Shown: positions 7,508 to 16,881 of the stretch, piece after piece
Position numbering within the stretch: position 1 is the stretch's first letter
Layout of the letters: each line of letters starts with the position of its first letter
DNA from: Verrucomicrobiota bacterium
GTDB lineage: Bacteria > Verrucomicrobiota > Verrucomicrobiia > Limisphaerales > CANJXF01
Direction of reading: 5' to 3'
Length of the DNA: 19,505 nucleotides
Assembly: GCA_038214755.1 (NCBI GenBank)
Contig: JBBQRQ010000095.1
Coordinates: forward strand, 1 to 19,505
Notes under the pieces: model-generated
Databases searched by the model: none
What the model saw: the letters and a program-made list of their open reading frames with translations, nothing else
Told to the model about the DNA's origin: nothing
Made by a program: the position numbers and the translations under genes

Positions 7508-9124
7508 TCAGGGCACCACCACAACTCGGTAGAATCGTTGCGGAACGCCAGAGAGGTCATCGGTGGCCGAAGCGGTGCTGGCGTTTGCGACCACGGGTGC
7601 GCCGCGGTTGGACCACGCGCTCGGATCCAAACTCTCGTTGTATTGGAGCTGGTAGGTTGCGTTGCTGACTGCGCTCCATGTCAGCGTCACGCTATTCGTT
7701 CCAGTGATCTCAATGGATTGAATCAGGGGGCGAGGTAATACGATTCTGAGGATTGCGTTGGAACTGACGACAGAACCCGCAACGTTGGTGATCGACACGG
7801 TATAATTTCCGGCATCACCAGGTTGCACGTTGTTTCGGGTGTAGCTCGCTTTAGTCGCTCCGGGGATGTTCACGCCGTTCAAGCGCCATTGAAAAACCAT
7901 TGGCACGGCTCCCAGCGCATTGACTGTCCAGGTGACGTTGTCGCCCAGCGCCACTGATTGATCAAGGGACTGCGATGAAATGACCGGGATCGGATTGGTC
8001 ATTCCCAAAACGCCGCTGGCGTCCACCACCAACAAACCCCGCTGTAGGTCGCTCAGGAGAATTTTGTTTATGCCGAGAAACGGCCATACACCCCAGTTGC
8101 CTTGATAGTCACTGGTTGCATTCGGGTAGGTGTCATACGAACCGACACGGATAGGCATGGCGGGATTGCTGATATTGAAAACCTGCAAACCGGCTTGATA
8201 CCAGGCGACGTAAAGCAGGTTGCCCACGATGGCGGGGATGTGCGGCACGGCTTTCTCGATTCCGATGCCGCTGGTTGTCAATTGCGCCACCAGCACGGCG
8301 TTGCTTGGAGTTGAAATGTCGAAGATGCGCACGTCGCCATCAGCCGTTGACTCGCGGGCGCTCACGAGATAGCGGCCATCCTCCGTGGGCCAACTGGTGT
8401 GCGATTGGCCACCAGAATTCACAATGCCCAGCCGAGGCGGCGGCTCTGTGCTGATGTTGCTCACGTCGTAAATGTCGGTGTGCCCGCCCCAACCTGAAGT
8501 ATAAAGACGGTTGCTGATGACGGTAACTTGATGAATGAGGATTGAGTCGGAGGTAACGATGTTTCTCAGAAAGACTGGCGCGACGGGATTGGCGACGTCG
8601 AACACCTTGACCGTCGGGGTGCGGCCGTCCGCGAGATAAAGATAGTTCTGGTCCAGAAACAGAGTATGGACGGCATTGAAACCATTGATCACCGTGCCGG
8701 CAACATCCGCCGTAATCCGCGAGAGAAACTGTGGCGCGGCAGGATTGGTCAGGGAAACGATGTGCAAGCCTCCGTTCCCGCTGTTGCTGGCGAAGTAGCC
8801 GATTTTGTTTCGCACCACGCCCATCTCGAACTGGTTGTTCCCCGCCGGACTGGGAAAATAATTCCCCAACAGCACGGGATTCGCCGGGTTGGTAATGCTG
8901 AAGATTCCCACACCGTAGCCCGCAGTGTAGGGCGAATAGACGCCGAGACAAGCCAAGTCATCTTCGGCCCAGATGTCGCCGTACTGCATGGTGACGCCTG
9001 TGAAAGGATTGACTTCGCTGACCAGCGTGATGTTTTGCGCGCGCAACGGTGACACCGCCAATCCCACCAATCCCAAGAGGAGCAGCAAGCCTGTCGGACG
9101 ATGGGTGATGGAAGGGCAATTCAT
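7508..9124 (-). CDS. secreted LVIVD-repeat / choice-of-anchor-B-like beta-propeller with an Ig domain and a verrucomicrobial C-terminal domain
   Basis: Signal peptide; repeated (V/I)FD(V/I)SNP units; GSYDT...GNWGVWPF...SDLQRGLLVVD; Ig motifs FQWRLNG and DAGNYTV; ends LTW...YQLQY...W...RFYRV. Confidence 0.85.
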   Translation of the reverse strand: MNCPSITHRPTGLLLLLGLVGLAVSPLRAQNITLVSEVNPFTGVTMQYGDIWAEDDLACLGVYSPYTAGYGVGIFSITNPANPVLLGNYFPSPAGNNQFEMGVVRNKIGYFASNSGNGGLHIVSLTNPAAPQFLSRITADVAGTVINGFNAVHTLFLDQNYLYLADGRTPTVKVFDVANPVAPVFLRNIVTSDSILIHQVTVISNRLYTSGWGGHTDIYDVSNISTEPPPRLGIVNSGGQSHTSWPTEDGRYLVSARESTADGDVRIFDISTPSNAVLVAQLTTSGIGIEKAVPHIPAIVGNLLYVAWYQAGLQVFNISNPAMPIRVGSYDTYPNATSDYQGNWGVWPFLGINKILLSDLQRGLLVVDASGVLGMTNPIPVISSQSLDQSVALGDNVTWTVNALGAVPMVFQWRLNGVNIPGATKASYTRNNVQPGDAGNYTVSITNVAGSVVSSNAILRIVLPRPLIQSIEITGTNSVTLTWSAVSNATYQLQYNESLDPSAWSNRGAPVVANASTASATDDLSGVPQRFYRVVVVP

Positions 9125-9359
9125 TTACAGCAATGTCGTCATTCTATAACCCGTTTCGATGCCTCCCGCAAATGATACGATTGAATCAATTCCGGTTCTG
9201 GCCAGCCCCTTTTCAAAATCAACAATTCCTTTCGGTTTAACCAAGACCATTTCGTGTCCAACCCATGAATTCCAAGCCGCACAAAAATAATTGACGCCTC
9301 TGAGAATCGGCGTATCACTTGATCATGCCCTCAAAAGTTTATTGGACAGGAGATTCCCT

Positions 9360-10925
9360 GTGAACCCGCCAAACACTCGTCGCGAATTTCTGGCCGATGT
9401 CGGTCGAGGAATGCTCGTTGCCACCGTCGGATTTGAAGTCGCTAACGGTCTCGGCCTCGCTTCCGCTTTTGCCGGGGATACCGCCGACACCCTTTCGTTC
9501 GGCTCACTGGAGCCACTCGTTTGTCTGATGCAGGAAACGCCTGTTAACCGCCTCCTGCCCGTATTGGCGGATCGATTGCGCTCAGGCACTGACTTGCGCA
9601 CGCTCGTTTCTGCCGCCGCCCTGGCCAACGCGCGGACGTTTGGCGGGGAAGACTACGTGGGCTTCCATACGATGATGGCGCTCGGACCCGCGTTCCACAT
9701 GTCGCAGGAGTTGCCGCCGGATTTGCAGCCGCTCCCGGTTTTCAAAGTCCTTTACCGAAACACCAACCGGATTCAGGAACAGGGGGGTCGCGCGCACGAG
9801 GTCCTTCACCCGGTGAAATCCGGCGCGGTATCCAAAAGCGACCTTGAAGGCGAGCCGTTGCGCGACGCGGTTCGTCGCAAAGATGTCAATGCCGCCGAGC
9901 AAACTTTCGCCTCACTCATGGAGCGCTCTGCGGATGAAGCTTTCAATCATTTGCTGGTCTCGGTTCAGGACAACACCGAAGTCCATCGCGTGGTGCTGCC
10001 TTATCGCGCGTGGGATTTGGTCGGGCTGATCGGGAGGGAACAGGCGCACACGCTGCTCCGGCAATCGGTGCGTTACTGCGTCAAAGCCGAATCCTGGCCG
10101 CGCTCGGTGAAGAACGATGAACCGCGCACACTCCTGCCACGACTGCTTGACGAACATAAATTGTTGGGCCGTTCTCCCGGTGAACGTCAGCCCGATGACA
10201 ATTGGGTTGATCAACTCAGCCAAACCATTTTCAAGTCCAGCCCGGCACAAGCTGCGGAAGCCGCCGCCGCTGCGCTCGCGGAAGGCATGTCGTCGCGGGC
10301 TGTGGGCGAAGCACTGACGCTCGCCGCGAATCAACTCGTCCTGCGCGACATCGGTCGGACGCCCCGCGACGAGGTGCCCGGCAAGCCGCTCGGCAGCGTG
10401 CATGGCGATTCCATCGGCGTTCATGCCTGCGATTCCGCCAATGCGTGGCGCAACATGGCTCGCGTGAGCAATGCCCGAAACTGCTGCGCCAGCCTCATCC
10501 TCGGGGCCTACCAGGTGGCCCTGGATCGCACGGCGCGTGGCGGAGATTTTCTCAACTGGCAGCCGTTGCCGGTGCAACGGCACTTGGATGAAATCAAAGC
10601 GACCGATCCGGACGCGTTGTTGCGTGAAGCGGACGAAGCGATTCGGGGCAATCTCCAGGCCAAGGCCAGCGCTGTGATTCATCGCTACGGTGCATCGGGT
10701 CATGCGCCGCGCCCGGTGTTCGATCTCCTGCTGCGGTACGCAGTAAGCGAAGACGGCTCGCTGCACGCCGAAAAATTCTATCGCACCTGCTCGGAGGAAT
10801 TCGCGGACGCACGGCCTGCCTACCGCTGGCGTTACCTCGTGGCGCTCGCCCGCGTGACCGCCAGCGAATTTGGCCGCACGGCCCCCGGTATGGCCGAGGC
10901 CCGGTCATTGCTCAAACTGTCATGA
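9360..10925 (+). CDS. conserved hypothetical helical protein with a twin-arginine-like N-terminus
   Basis: Long ORF 9291..10925; likely start GTG 9360 after AGGAGA; TRREFL motif; several His-containing motifs. Confidence 0.7.
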   Translation: MNPPNTRREFLADVGRGMLVATVGFEVANGLGLASAFAGDTADTLSFGSLEPLVCLMQETPVNRLLPVLADRLRSGTDLRTLVSAAALANARTFGGEDYVGFHTMMALGPAFHMSQELPPDLQPLPVFKVLYRNTNRIQEQGGRAHEVLHPVKSGAVSKSDLEGEPLRDAVRRKDVNAAEQTFASLMERSADEAFNHLLVSVQDNTEVHRVVLPYRAWDLVGLIGREQAHTLLRQSVRYCVKAESWPRSVKNDEPRTLLPRLLDEHKLLGRSPGERQPDDNWVDQLSQTIFKSSPAQAAEAAAAALAEGMSSRAVGEALTLAANQLVLRDIGRTPRDEVPGKPLGSVHGDSIGVHACDSANAWRNMARVSNARNCCASLILGAYQVALDRTARGGDFLNWQPLPVQRHLDEIKATDPDALLREADEAIRGNLQAKASAVIHRYGASGHAPRPVFDLLLRYAVSEDGSLHAEKFYRTCSEEFADARPAYRWRYLVALARVTASEFGRTAPGMAEARSLLKLS

Positions 10926-10947
10926 CGGCCCGGAGCGTGGAAGGGCG

Positions 10948-12447
10948 TCACGGAACCAACTGGTAACTGACAAACGCCAGCTTCCGGCTGTCGGGCGACC
11001 ACGATGGAACGTTGAGGGTTCCCTGTCCGCCGAAAAGTTTCGCCAGCAAGTCAATCTTTCCATCCGTCAGCGAAAGCAGGCGCAGCATCACATCTTTGTT
11101 TTCAGGATGCCCTTTTACGTCGGGTTCGTAGGAGAGAAACACGAGCGATTTGCCGTCGGGTGATGGGTGCGGAAACCAATTGTTGTAATCATCCTTCGTG
11201 ATTTGTTCCTGCTCCGCGCCGTCGGGTTTCATGCGCCAGACCTGCATCCGCCCCGCGCGATCCGAGTTGAAGTAAATCCACTTCCCGTCCGGCGAATAAT
11301 CCGGTCCATCATCCAGTCCCTTGGCGTCGGTCAGCCTCGTCTCGGTTCCGCCGCCGACCGGAATCGTGTAGATGTCGAACTCGCCGTTACGCTCCGCGCA
11401 ATACGCGAGCGTCTTGCCATCCGGCGACCACCCGTGCCAGTAGGACGGACCCGTTTCCGTGATGAGCTTCGGTGTGCCGCCCGTGATCGGCAGGGTGTAG
11501 ATGCGCGACCGCTGGTTGCCCTGCGATTGATCGCTGATCGCGAGTTGGGTGCCGTCGGGTGAAATGCCGTGATCATTATTGCAGCGAGTGGCAAACGCGG
11601 TGTCGATGACCACGGGTTCGCCGCCTGACAGCGCGATGCGGTAAATCCTCCCTTTGCTGTTGAAGAATAGGTTGGTGCCGTCAGGCAGCCAATTCGGCGC
11701 TTCGATCAAATTCGTGGTCCACCATACGACCCGCCGATCTTTCGACGCCAGTGTGATCGTCTCAAGCGTGCTGATCAGCGAAGGTTTCGGCGCGGCTGGC
11801 ACCGTTCCTTCGTGCAACTCGACGTTTTTGAACACCGCCGTTTCCAGTGCGTCGTCGTTGTGCGCGCAGACACCGAGGCCCACGTAAAACGGATACCTCA
11901 AGTCCAGCCGAAACGACCCGCCTGCCGGGGCCAACGGCGCGCTGCCGGTCGCGATGGACATCGACACATACTTGCCGCGCTTCTCGATGCGCAGGCGCCG
12001 GGGGCCGGCCACGTTCGATTGAATCTCGCGCGTCAACGCTCCCTTCGCCCCGCGATATTGGAGCGAAGTCAAACCATCGCCATGCAATGCGGCATCGGCA
12101 TAGGCGGAATCGGCGTCGAGATCTTGGCGGATGAGCAAACACGCTTTGCGATGCGGATCGCCTCCCGCTCCCTCGAACGCGATGTCCGCTGCGAGGGTCA
12201 CGTCGCTGGAAACTTTCTTCCAAACGAAATGCATCGCGTCGTTCGTGAACCACATGTTCTTCCCGCCTCCGGCGACATCGTAGCTCTGCCCGGCGGAATC
12301 ATAATGGGTAGAACCTCGTTGGGCCGGATCACCGATGTCGGCGTGGCCTTCGAAGAGGCCTCTCGCGTTCGAGTTGGTTTCCGCCGCCATTACGGGCAGC
12401 GCAAGAAAAACGAATGCGATGGAGAGCGATCGTTTCAGTGGATTCAT
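10948..12447 (-). CDS. TolB-like PD40 (WD40-like) repeat protein with an N-terminal beta-sandwich domain
   Basis: Repeated WSPDG/YSPDG/HPSPDG motifs; signal peptide from ATG 12447 ([21 protein letters not shown]); the ORF extends to 12555. Confidence 0.85.
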   Translation of the reverse strand: MNPLKRSLSIAFVFLALPVMAAETNSNARGLFEGHADIGDPAQRGSTHYDSAGQSYDVAGGGKNMWFTNDAMHFVWKKVSSDVTLAADIAFEGAGGDPHRKACLLIRQDLDADSAYADAALHGDGLTSLQYRGAKGALTREIQSNVAGPRRLRIEKRGKYVSMSIATGSAPLAPAGGSFRLDLRYPFYVGLGVCAHNDDALETAVFKNVELHEGTVPAAPKPSLISTLETITLASKDRRVVWWTTNLIEAPNWLPDGTNLFFNSKGRIYRIALSGGEPVVIDTAFATRCNNDHGISPDGTQLAISDQSQGNQRSRIYTLPITGGTPKLITETGPSYWHGWSPDGKTLAYCAERNGEFDIYTIPVGGGTETRLTDAKGLDDGPDYSPDGKWIYFNSDRAGRMQVWRMKPDGAEQEQITKDDYNNWFPHPSPDGKSLVFLSYEPDVKGHPENKDVMLRLLSLTDGKIDLLAKLFGGQGTLNVPSWSPDSRKLAFVSYQLVP

Positions 12448-12575
12448 GTCTCCATTGGACGTTGGAACGGGATTTTTGACAATGAGTGAAAATTGATGAC
12501 ATCCGCGAGCGCAAAGGCGATGGGAATCTGGAGAATCCCGCGGAATGCGTTTCACGGTTGCAATGATTCTGCCGA

Positions 12576-12675
12576 GGGAAAACGCATCCCTACGCGTTCG
12601 GATTTTCCTTCTGACATTTTCGGATTTGGGGATGCGCTCAGATTAGTCAGGGACGCGGTGGAACGCGTCCCTACC
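12576..12675. repeat. second, partial copy of the REP/MITE-like element
   Basis: GGATTTTCCTTCT...GATTAGTCAGGGACGCGGTGGAACGCGTCCCTACC matches 7415-7488; hairpin GGGACGCG-gtggaa-CGCGTCCC. Confidence 0.75.
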
Positions 12676-12732
12676 ACGCGCCAGATATCTCGGTAGAGAC
12701 GAGTGTCAATTTTCTTGATGTGACTTCTCACA

Positions 12733-13017
12733 TCACGCTTTGACTAATTCAATTTTAAGATTCTTGCCCAAGGCGCGCGCCACTCGATCCAAGGTCGAAA
12801 GCCGGACATCTTCGGCGTGATTTTCCAGACGCGAGATGGCGGATTTTTTTGTGTTGGTGCGTTGCGCTAAATCTTCCTGCGTAATGCCCGCTTCTTCGCG
12901 GGCTTGTCGCAAGAGGACGCCGACTTTGAATTCCTGATAACCGCTCTCGAAATTTTCCGCGAACTTTGCATCGGCGCGTTTCCTTCGGTTAATGTATTTT
13001 TCCAAATCGTCTTTCAT
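12733..13017 (-). CDS. higA: XRE-family HTH antitoxin (HigA-like)
   Basis: [31 protein letters not shown]...RLSTL; ATGA overlap with the upstream toxin remnant. Confidence 0.85.
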   Translation of the reverse strand: MKDDLEKYINRRKRADAKFAENFESGYQEFKVGVLLRQAREEAGITQEDLAQRTNTKKSAISRLENHAEDVRLSTLDRVARALGKNLKIELVKA

Positions 13018-13222
13018 CTTTTTGCCTTTCGGTTGAGGTAATCATGTTTTCGCTGTTCGGCAATTTCAATTTCGCGCACGGGCGTTTTCTGCGTCTTCTT
13101 TGCAAATCCGTTCGTCAGATAATAAGGTTTCCTGCATCCCAAAATCCCAGCAACCGAAAAGCATCGCTGCCAAATTCAGCCCGCACTTCCCAAAGTTCGT
13201 CGGGGCCTTCGAGCTTCTTGAA
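13014..13222 (-). pseudogene. higB: HigB/Gp49 (DUF891)-like toxin remnant, 5'-truncated and frameshifted
   Basis: [35 protein letters not shown], then a 1-nt shift near 13117 to [34 protein letters not shown]. Confidence 0.85.
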
Positions 13223-13290
13223 CTCCTCAAAATCCACCAACTTCTTGATCTGCACCAGAAACCAGCGGTCGATTTTCGTGAGGTTGAAAA
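13223..13290 (-). pseudogene. carB: carB fragment, copy 1 (about 68 bp)
   Basis: [22 protein letters not shown], matching the CPS large-subunit oligomerisation-domain motif; 6 mismatches in 65 nt to 16596-16660. Confidence 0.8.
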
Positions 13291-13427
13291 CTACGCCCTC
13301 GTGTGACTGAGATTTTCGCGGGGGGAACACAGTAAAATCGCGCAGGGCTTGACACTCTCCCGCGAAGCGGTTTTTCTGGCGTCAGAGAATTGATGACAAC
13401 CGCCGTGCTGGCATTGGTCCGCCTCCT

Positions 13428-14771
13428 ATGAAAATACTGCTTTCTGCTAACGCCTGCGATCCCTACATGGGTTCGGAAAGTTACTTTGGATGGGCGGCGA
13501 TAAAATGTCTTTCCCAGGATCACGAGATATTTGTCATAACCAGCAGCCGTAATCGCGACAGTCTGGCCAAAGCGAAGGCGGAAGGGTTGGTTCCTCCCAA
13601 TGTTCAATTTTTTTACGCCGGTAAATTCGCTGAGTGGCATCCGAACCGTCTGTTGGCAAGAATCCAAAACTGGAAGGAATACATCCATTTCTCCAAGGAT
13701 TCGCTCGCGGTCTCCATAAGACTGCACCAAGTGGAAAAATTTGATCTCGTTCAGCATGTCACTATTGCGACTTGGCGGGTGGCCTCGCCGCTATGGCAAT
13801 TGGGCATTCCCTTTATTTTTGGCCCCATCGGCGGGAACGAAAAATTTCCGCTTCGAATTTTTCCGGTTTTAAGTCCGGCCGGTGCCGCCTTTGAGCTGTT
13901 ACGGAAGACATCCAATGTTATTTCCAGGTTTTCACCCAGCGTCCGCCGGGGTATTTGCGAGGCCACCCACATTTTCGCGGGCACCACAGAAACGGAACAG
14001 TTGGTGAGAGCTTTGCGCTGTTCCGGCAAAGGTATTTCGCGATTGCTACCGGGATTTTATTCGGCGGCGAAGGTGGCAACCTTGGCCCGCCTGGCCCCGA
14101 ATAAAAAGCTGGACGGGCCGCTCCGTCTCTTTGCCTCGGGCAATCTTGGGGGGCACAAAGGTCTGGGGCTGGCATTGCAAGCCTTGGCCAGTGTAAAAAA
14201 AAGCGGGGTGGATTTTCGCTACCATCTGGGCGCAAGCGGGCCGGAAATCCCGCATTTGAAAAAACTGGTCGCCAGACTGGGCTTGAACCGGGAAGTTCTT
14301 TTTGGCGGAGCCATGAGCAGCGAGGATTATCAGCGGGAATTGGGCAACACCCATGTTTACCTCCTCCCCAGCATGCGGGAAAGCGTCGGCCTGACCATGA
14401 TGGAAGCCATGCTGGCCGGGTGTGTGCCGGTGGTGGCCGACTGCGGCGGGCCAAACTTTATTGTCACGGAGGATTGTGGTTATAAAATTGCCGTTTCCAC
14501 ACCGGAGCGAATGATTGAAGAGATGGCGAATATCATTGTGGCAATTGATCGCGACCGGAAAATCATTTCAGAAAAAGGGGCGGCATCCACCAAAAGAATT
14601 GCCACCCATTTTACAGAGGAAAATTACCGCCAGACCGTCAATGCAGTTTACACATCAGTGACCAACCGCGACAGCGAACTTGAGAGAAACGTTTGCCAGT
14701 CTGCCCCCGTAAAAACGCCAGTCCAAGTGCTTGCTGCCCGCCTCCACCCACGAACCAGCGATTCTCCGTGA
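13428..14771 (+). CDS. glycosyltransferase family 4
   Basis: MKILLSANACDPYMGSE N-terminus; PFIFGPIGG; LPSMRESVGLTMMEAMLAGCVPVV (EX7E). Confidence 0.92.
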   Translation: MKILLSANACDPYMGSESYFGWAAIKCLSQDHEIFVITSSRNRDSLAKAKAEGLVPPNVQFFYAGKFAEWHPNRLLARIQNWKEYIHFSKDSLAVSIRLHQVEKFDLVQHVTIATWRVASPLWQLGIPFIFGPIGGNEKFPLRIFPVLSPAGAAFELLRKTSNVISRFSPSVRRGICEATHIFAGTTETEQLVRALRCSGKGISRLLPGFYSAAKVATLARLAPNKKLDGPLRLFASGNLGGHKGLGLALQALASVKKSGVDFRYHLGASGPEIPHLKKLVARLGLNREVLFGGAMSSEDYQRELGNTHVYLLPSMRESVGLTMMEAMLAGCVPVVADCGGPNFIVTEDCGYKIAVSTPERMIEEMANIIVAIDRDRKIISEKGAASTKRIATHFTEENYRQTVNAVYTSVTNRDSELERNVCQSAPVKTPVQVLAARLHPRTSDSP

Positions 14772-14818
14772 ACTGTGGAGTGCAAAAAAAAACGACTTCC
14801 TATCAATTTAATATTTCA

Positions 14819-15358
14819 ATGAAAAGAATACTTAATGTCGGATGCGGAAAGGAAACTTACGGAACGGACTTTGTCGATATGTATCCTAGTAGAAAGAATG
14901 TGGTCCAATGTGATATGGAAAAAGGACTTCCTTTTGAAAACAACACCTTTGACGAGGTATATAGCCACTGTCTTTTTGAACACCTCAAAAATCCTTTCAA
15001 TATGGTAATGGAAATGAAAAGAGTTACGAAAGAAGGAGGAAAAGTAAGAGTGATAACAGACAACGGAAGTTATTGGGCGTTCGGACGTAACCATGGGGCG
15101 CACACAGGAGGATACGAAAAAGTGGAATATCCCGATGACAGGCACTATTGTTTTTTTACAAAGACACACCTTATAAATCATTTTACAAAAGCAGGGCTTG
15201 ATGTAGAAGAAGTGAAATTTGTAGAATACTTTTCAACATCCTGGATAAAAAGTTCTATCTGTTTTATAGTTCAGAATATCTTAAAGATTACTCCTTTTCG
15301 GAATATGGCCTATGCTAGAATAGAAATCGTAGGGGTTAACAAATATAAAGGGGTCTGA
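14819..15358 (+). CDS. class I SAM-dependent methyltransferase (Methyltransf_11-like), AT-rich
   Basis: MKRILNVGCG, LPFENNTFDEVYSHCLFEHL, KRVTKEGG; likely start ATG 14819. Confidence 0.85.
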   Translation: MKRILNVGCGKETYGTDFVDMYPSRKNVVQCDMEKGLPFENNTFDEVYSHCLFEHLKNPFNMVMEMKRVTKEGGKVRVITDNGSYWAFGRNHGAHTGGYEKVEYPDDRHYCFFTKTHLINHFTKAGLDVEEVKFVEYFSTSWIKSSICFIVQNILKITPFRNMAYARIEIVGVNKYKGV

Positions 15359-15636
15359 ATGGCCATTAGCTAGAGCCTGTCTCCGGGGGAGAAGGGCTTG
15401 TCGTTATTGATGTCGACGGCGGGTTGGTCGTCTGGCAAAAGCGGCGATAGGACAGGCCAAATTTTTCACTCCGGGTAATGGCTGCGGTGCGGCAACTCTT
15501 CACGAGCGACGCGTTTTCCGCACCGTTTGTCGCCGGTTCAATCTTGTGATTGGGTTACAACCGGTTCCGTCAGACGGGCCGTGGGTTTGGGCACGTCAAT
15601 TTAAACGCGTCGTTTCGGGTTTGCCGCGTGTAGATA

Positions 15637-15752
15637 AAAAGAATCACCCGGCATTTTGCGGAAGAAATTACCGTCAGACCATCAATGCAGTTTACCCATC
15701 AGTGACAAACCGCGACGGCCAACTTAAACAATCCATTTACCAATGCGCTTAA
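15637..15752 (+). pseudogene. duplicated 3' segment of the GT4 gene
   Basis: 15665-15725 matches 14621-14681 with 6 mismatches in 61 nt (NYRQTINAVYPSVTNRD vs NYRQTVNAVYTSVTNRD); its stop lies inside the start of the FkbM gene. Confidence 0.8.
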
Positions 15753-16552
15753 ACACCCCCGGAAAACTCAACAGATTTGGCAAGAAGGTGACGCCGTTTC
15801 TCAGTCATCTGGTTGCCAGTGCGCGGGCCACCCGCTTTCTGGAGTTGGGAAGTTCATATCTGAATTGTGTTATTGGTAAAGGCGGGGGAAGCAACTGGCA
15901 CATGGGAGAAGAACTCGCGGCGTCCCAGTTTATCCACCGGGAAAATCCGGTTATTATGGATATCGGAGCAAACAAGGGATGGTGGACCCTTGAACTTCGA
16001 CGTCTGATCGGAGAACGGGGGCGATGGATTTTGGTCGATCCAGCGGCAGAATGCTGCGCCATCTTGCGCAAAATAAGCGGAGTTGAAGTCATTGAGGCGG
16101 CTGTCGGCGAGCACGCAGGGAAGGCCAAATTTTATACTCCGGGAGATGGCAGCGGTTTTGCAAGTCTTCACAAGCGGCACGACTCACATGCGCGTATGGA
16201 GCATTTGATTTTAGAGGAACGCGAAGTCGTGGTGACGACCATTGACGACATTCTGGACAGGCGTGGAATTGAAATTGTTGATATGGCCAAGATGGATTTG
16301 GAGGGTCATGAACTTTTTGCTTTGCGCGGAGCTGCCCAATCGTTGAAAACGCATCGCATTCGTGCGTTGACCTTTGAATTTGGCACGTCGAATGTCGATT
16401 CCAGAACTTTCTTCCGCGATTATTTTGATTTGTTGACAGGATATGGATATAAGATTCAACGAATCTATCCAGGCGGCAAAACTGTGCCGGTATTTGAATA
16501 CTATGAAGATTTGGAGTTCTTCAGAGGCGTTACCAACTATATTGCATTCTAA
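15743..16552 (+). CDS. FkbM family methyltransferase
   Basis: [33 protein letters not shown]. Confidence 0.9.
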   Translation: MRLNTPGKLNRFGKKVTPFLSHLVASARATRFLELGSSYLNCVIGKGGGSNWHMGEELAASQFIHRENPVIMDIGANKGWWTLELRRLIGERGRWILVDPAAECCAILRKISGVEVIEAAVGEHAGKAKFYTPGDGSGFASLHKRHDSHARMEHLILEEREVVVTTIDDILDRRGIEIVDMAKMDLEGHELFALRGAAQSLKTHRIRALTFEFGTSNVDSRTFFRDYFDLLTGYGYKIQRIYPGGKTVPVFEYYEDLEFFRGVTNYIAF

Positions 16553-16595
16553 GTCTAAAGAAGTTCGTCCGAATGGGGCGACCCCTTGGTTCTCC

Positions 16596-16801
16596 TTCAA
16601 AATCCACAAGCTCCTTGATCTGCCCCAGAAACCAGCGGTCAATTTTCGTGAGGTTGAAAATCTCGTCGAGGGTGAAGCCGGCGCGGCGGGCGTGGCGGAT
16701 GAAGAAGATGCGCTCGCCCCGCAGGCGCGGGATCAGTTTGTCCCGCAGAGCGGGATCGCGTGGGAGGATGTCGCGGTCGCTATAAACTTCCGTGCCGATG
16801 C
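16596..16801 (-). pseudogene. carB: carB fragment, copy 2 (about 205 bp)
   Basis: [15 protein letters not shown]...[40 protein letters not shown]. Confidence 0.85.
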
Positions 16802-16881
16802 TAATCATTTATTCTTTTTTTACATTGCCACGTCTTACAGCCTACATCTATCCTTCTCATCAATCCTTATAATCATTATCT

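Noticed and set aside
9291..9359. TTG start at 9291 and a possible TTGACG/TATCAC promoter
   Set aside because: The GTG at 9360 has a better RBS and puts the RR motif near the N-terminus; the -10 match is too weak to call
13291..13294. GTAG next to the 5' junction of carB copy 1 and near the GT4 duplicate (about 15630)
   Set aside because: A 4-mer is too short and is not present at the other carB junctions; could be chance
13311..13377. Inverted repeat TTCGCGGG...CCCGCGAA around a TTGACA upstream of GT4
   Set aside because: No convincing -10 and no second copy; function cannot be supported
15375..15397. Hairpin GCCTGTCTCC-GGG-GGAGAAGGGC after the methyltransferase
   Set aside because: No U-tract for an intrinsic terminator; single degenerate copy
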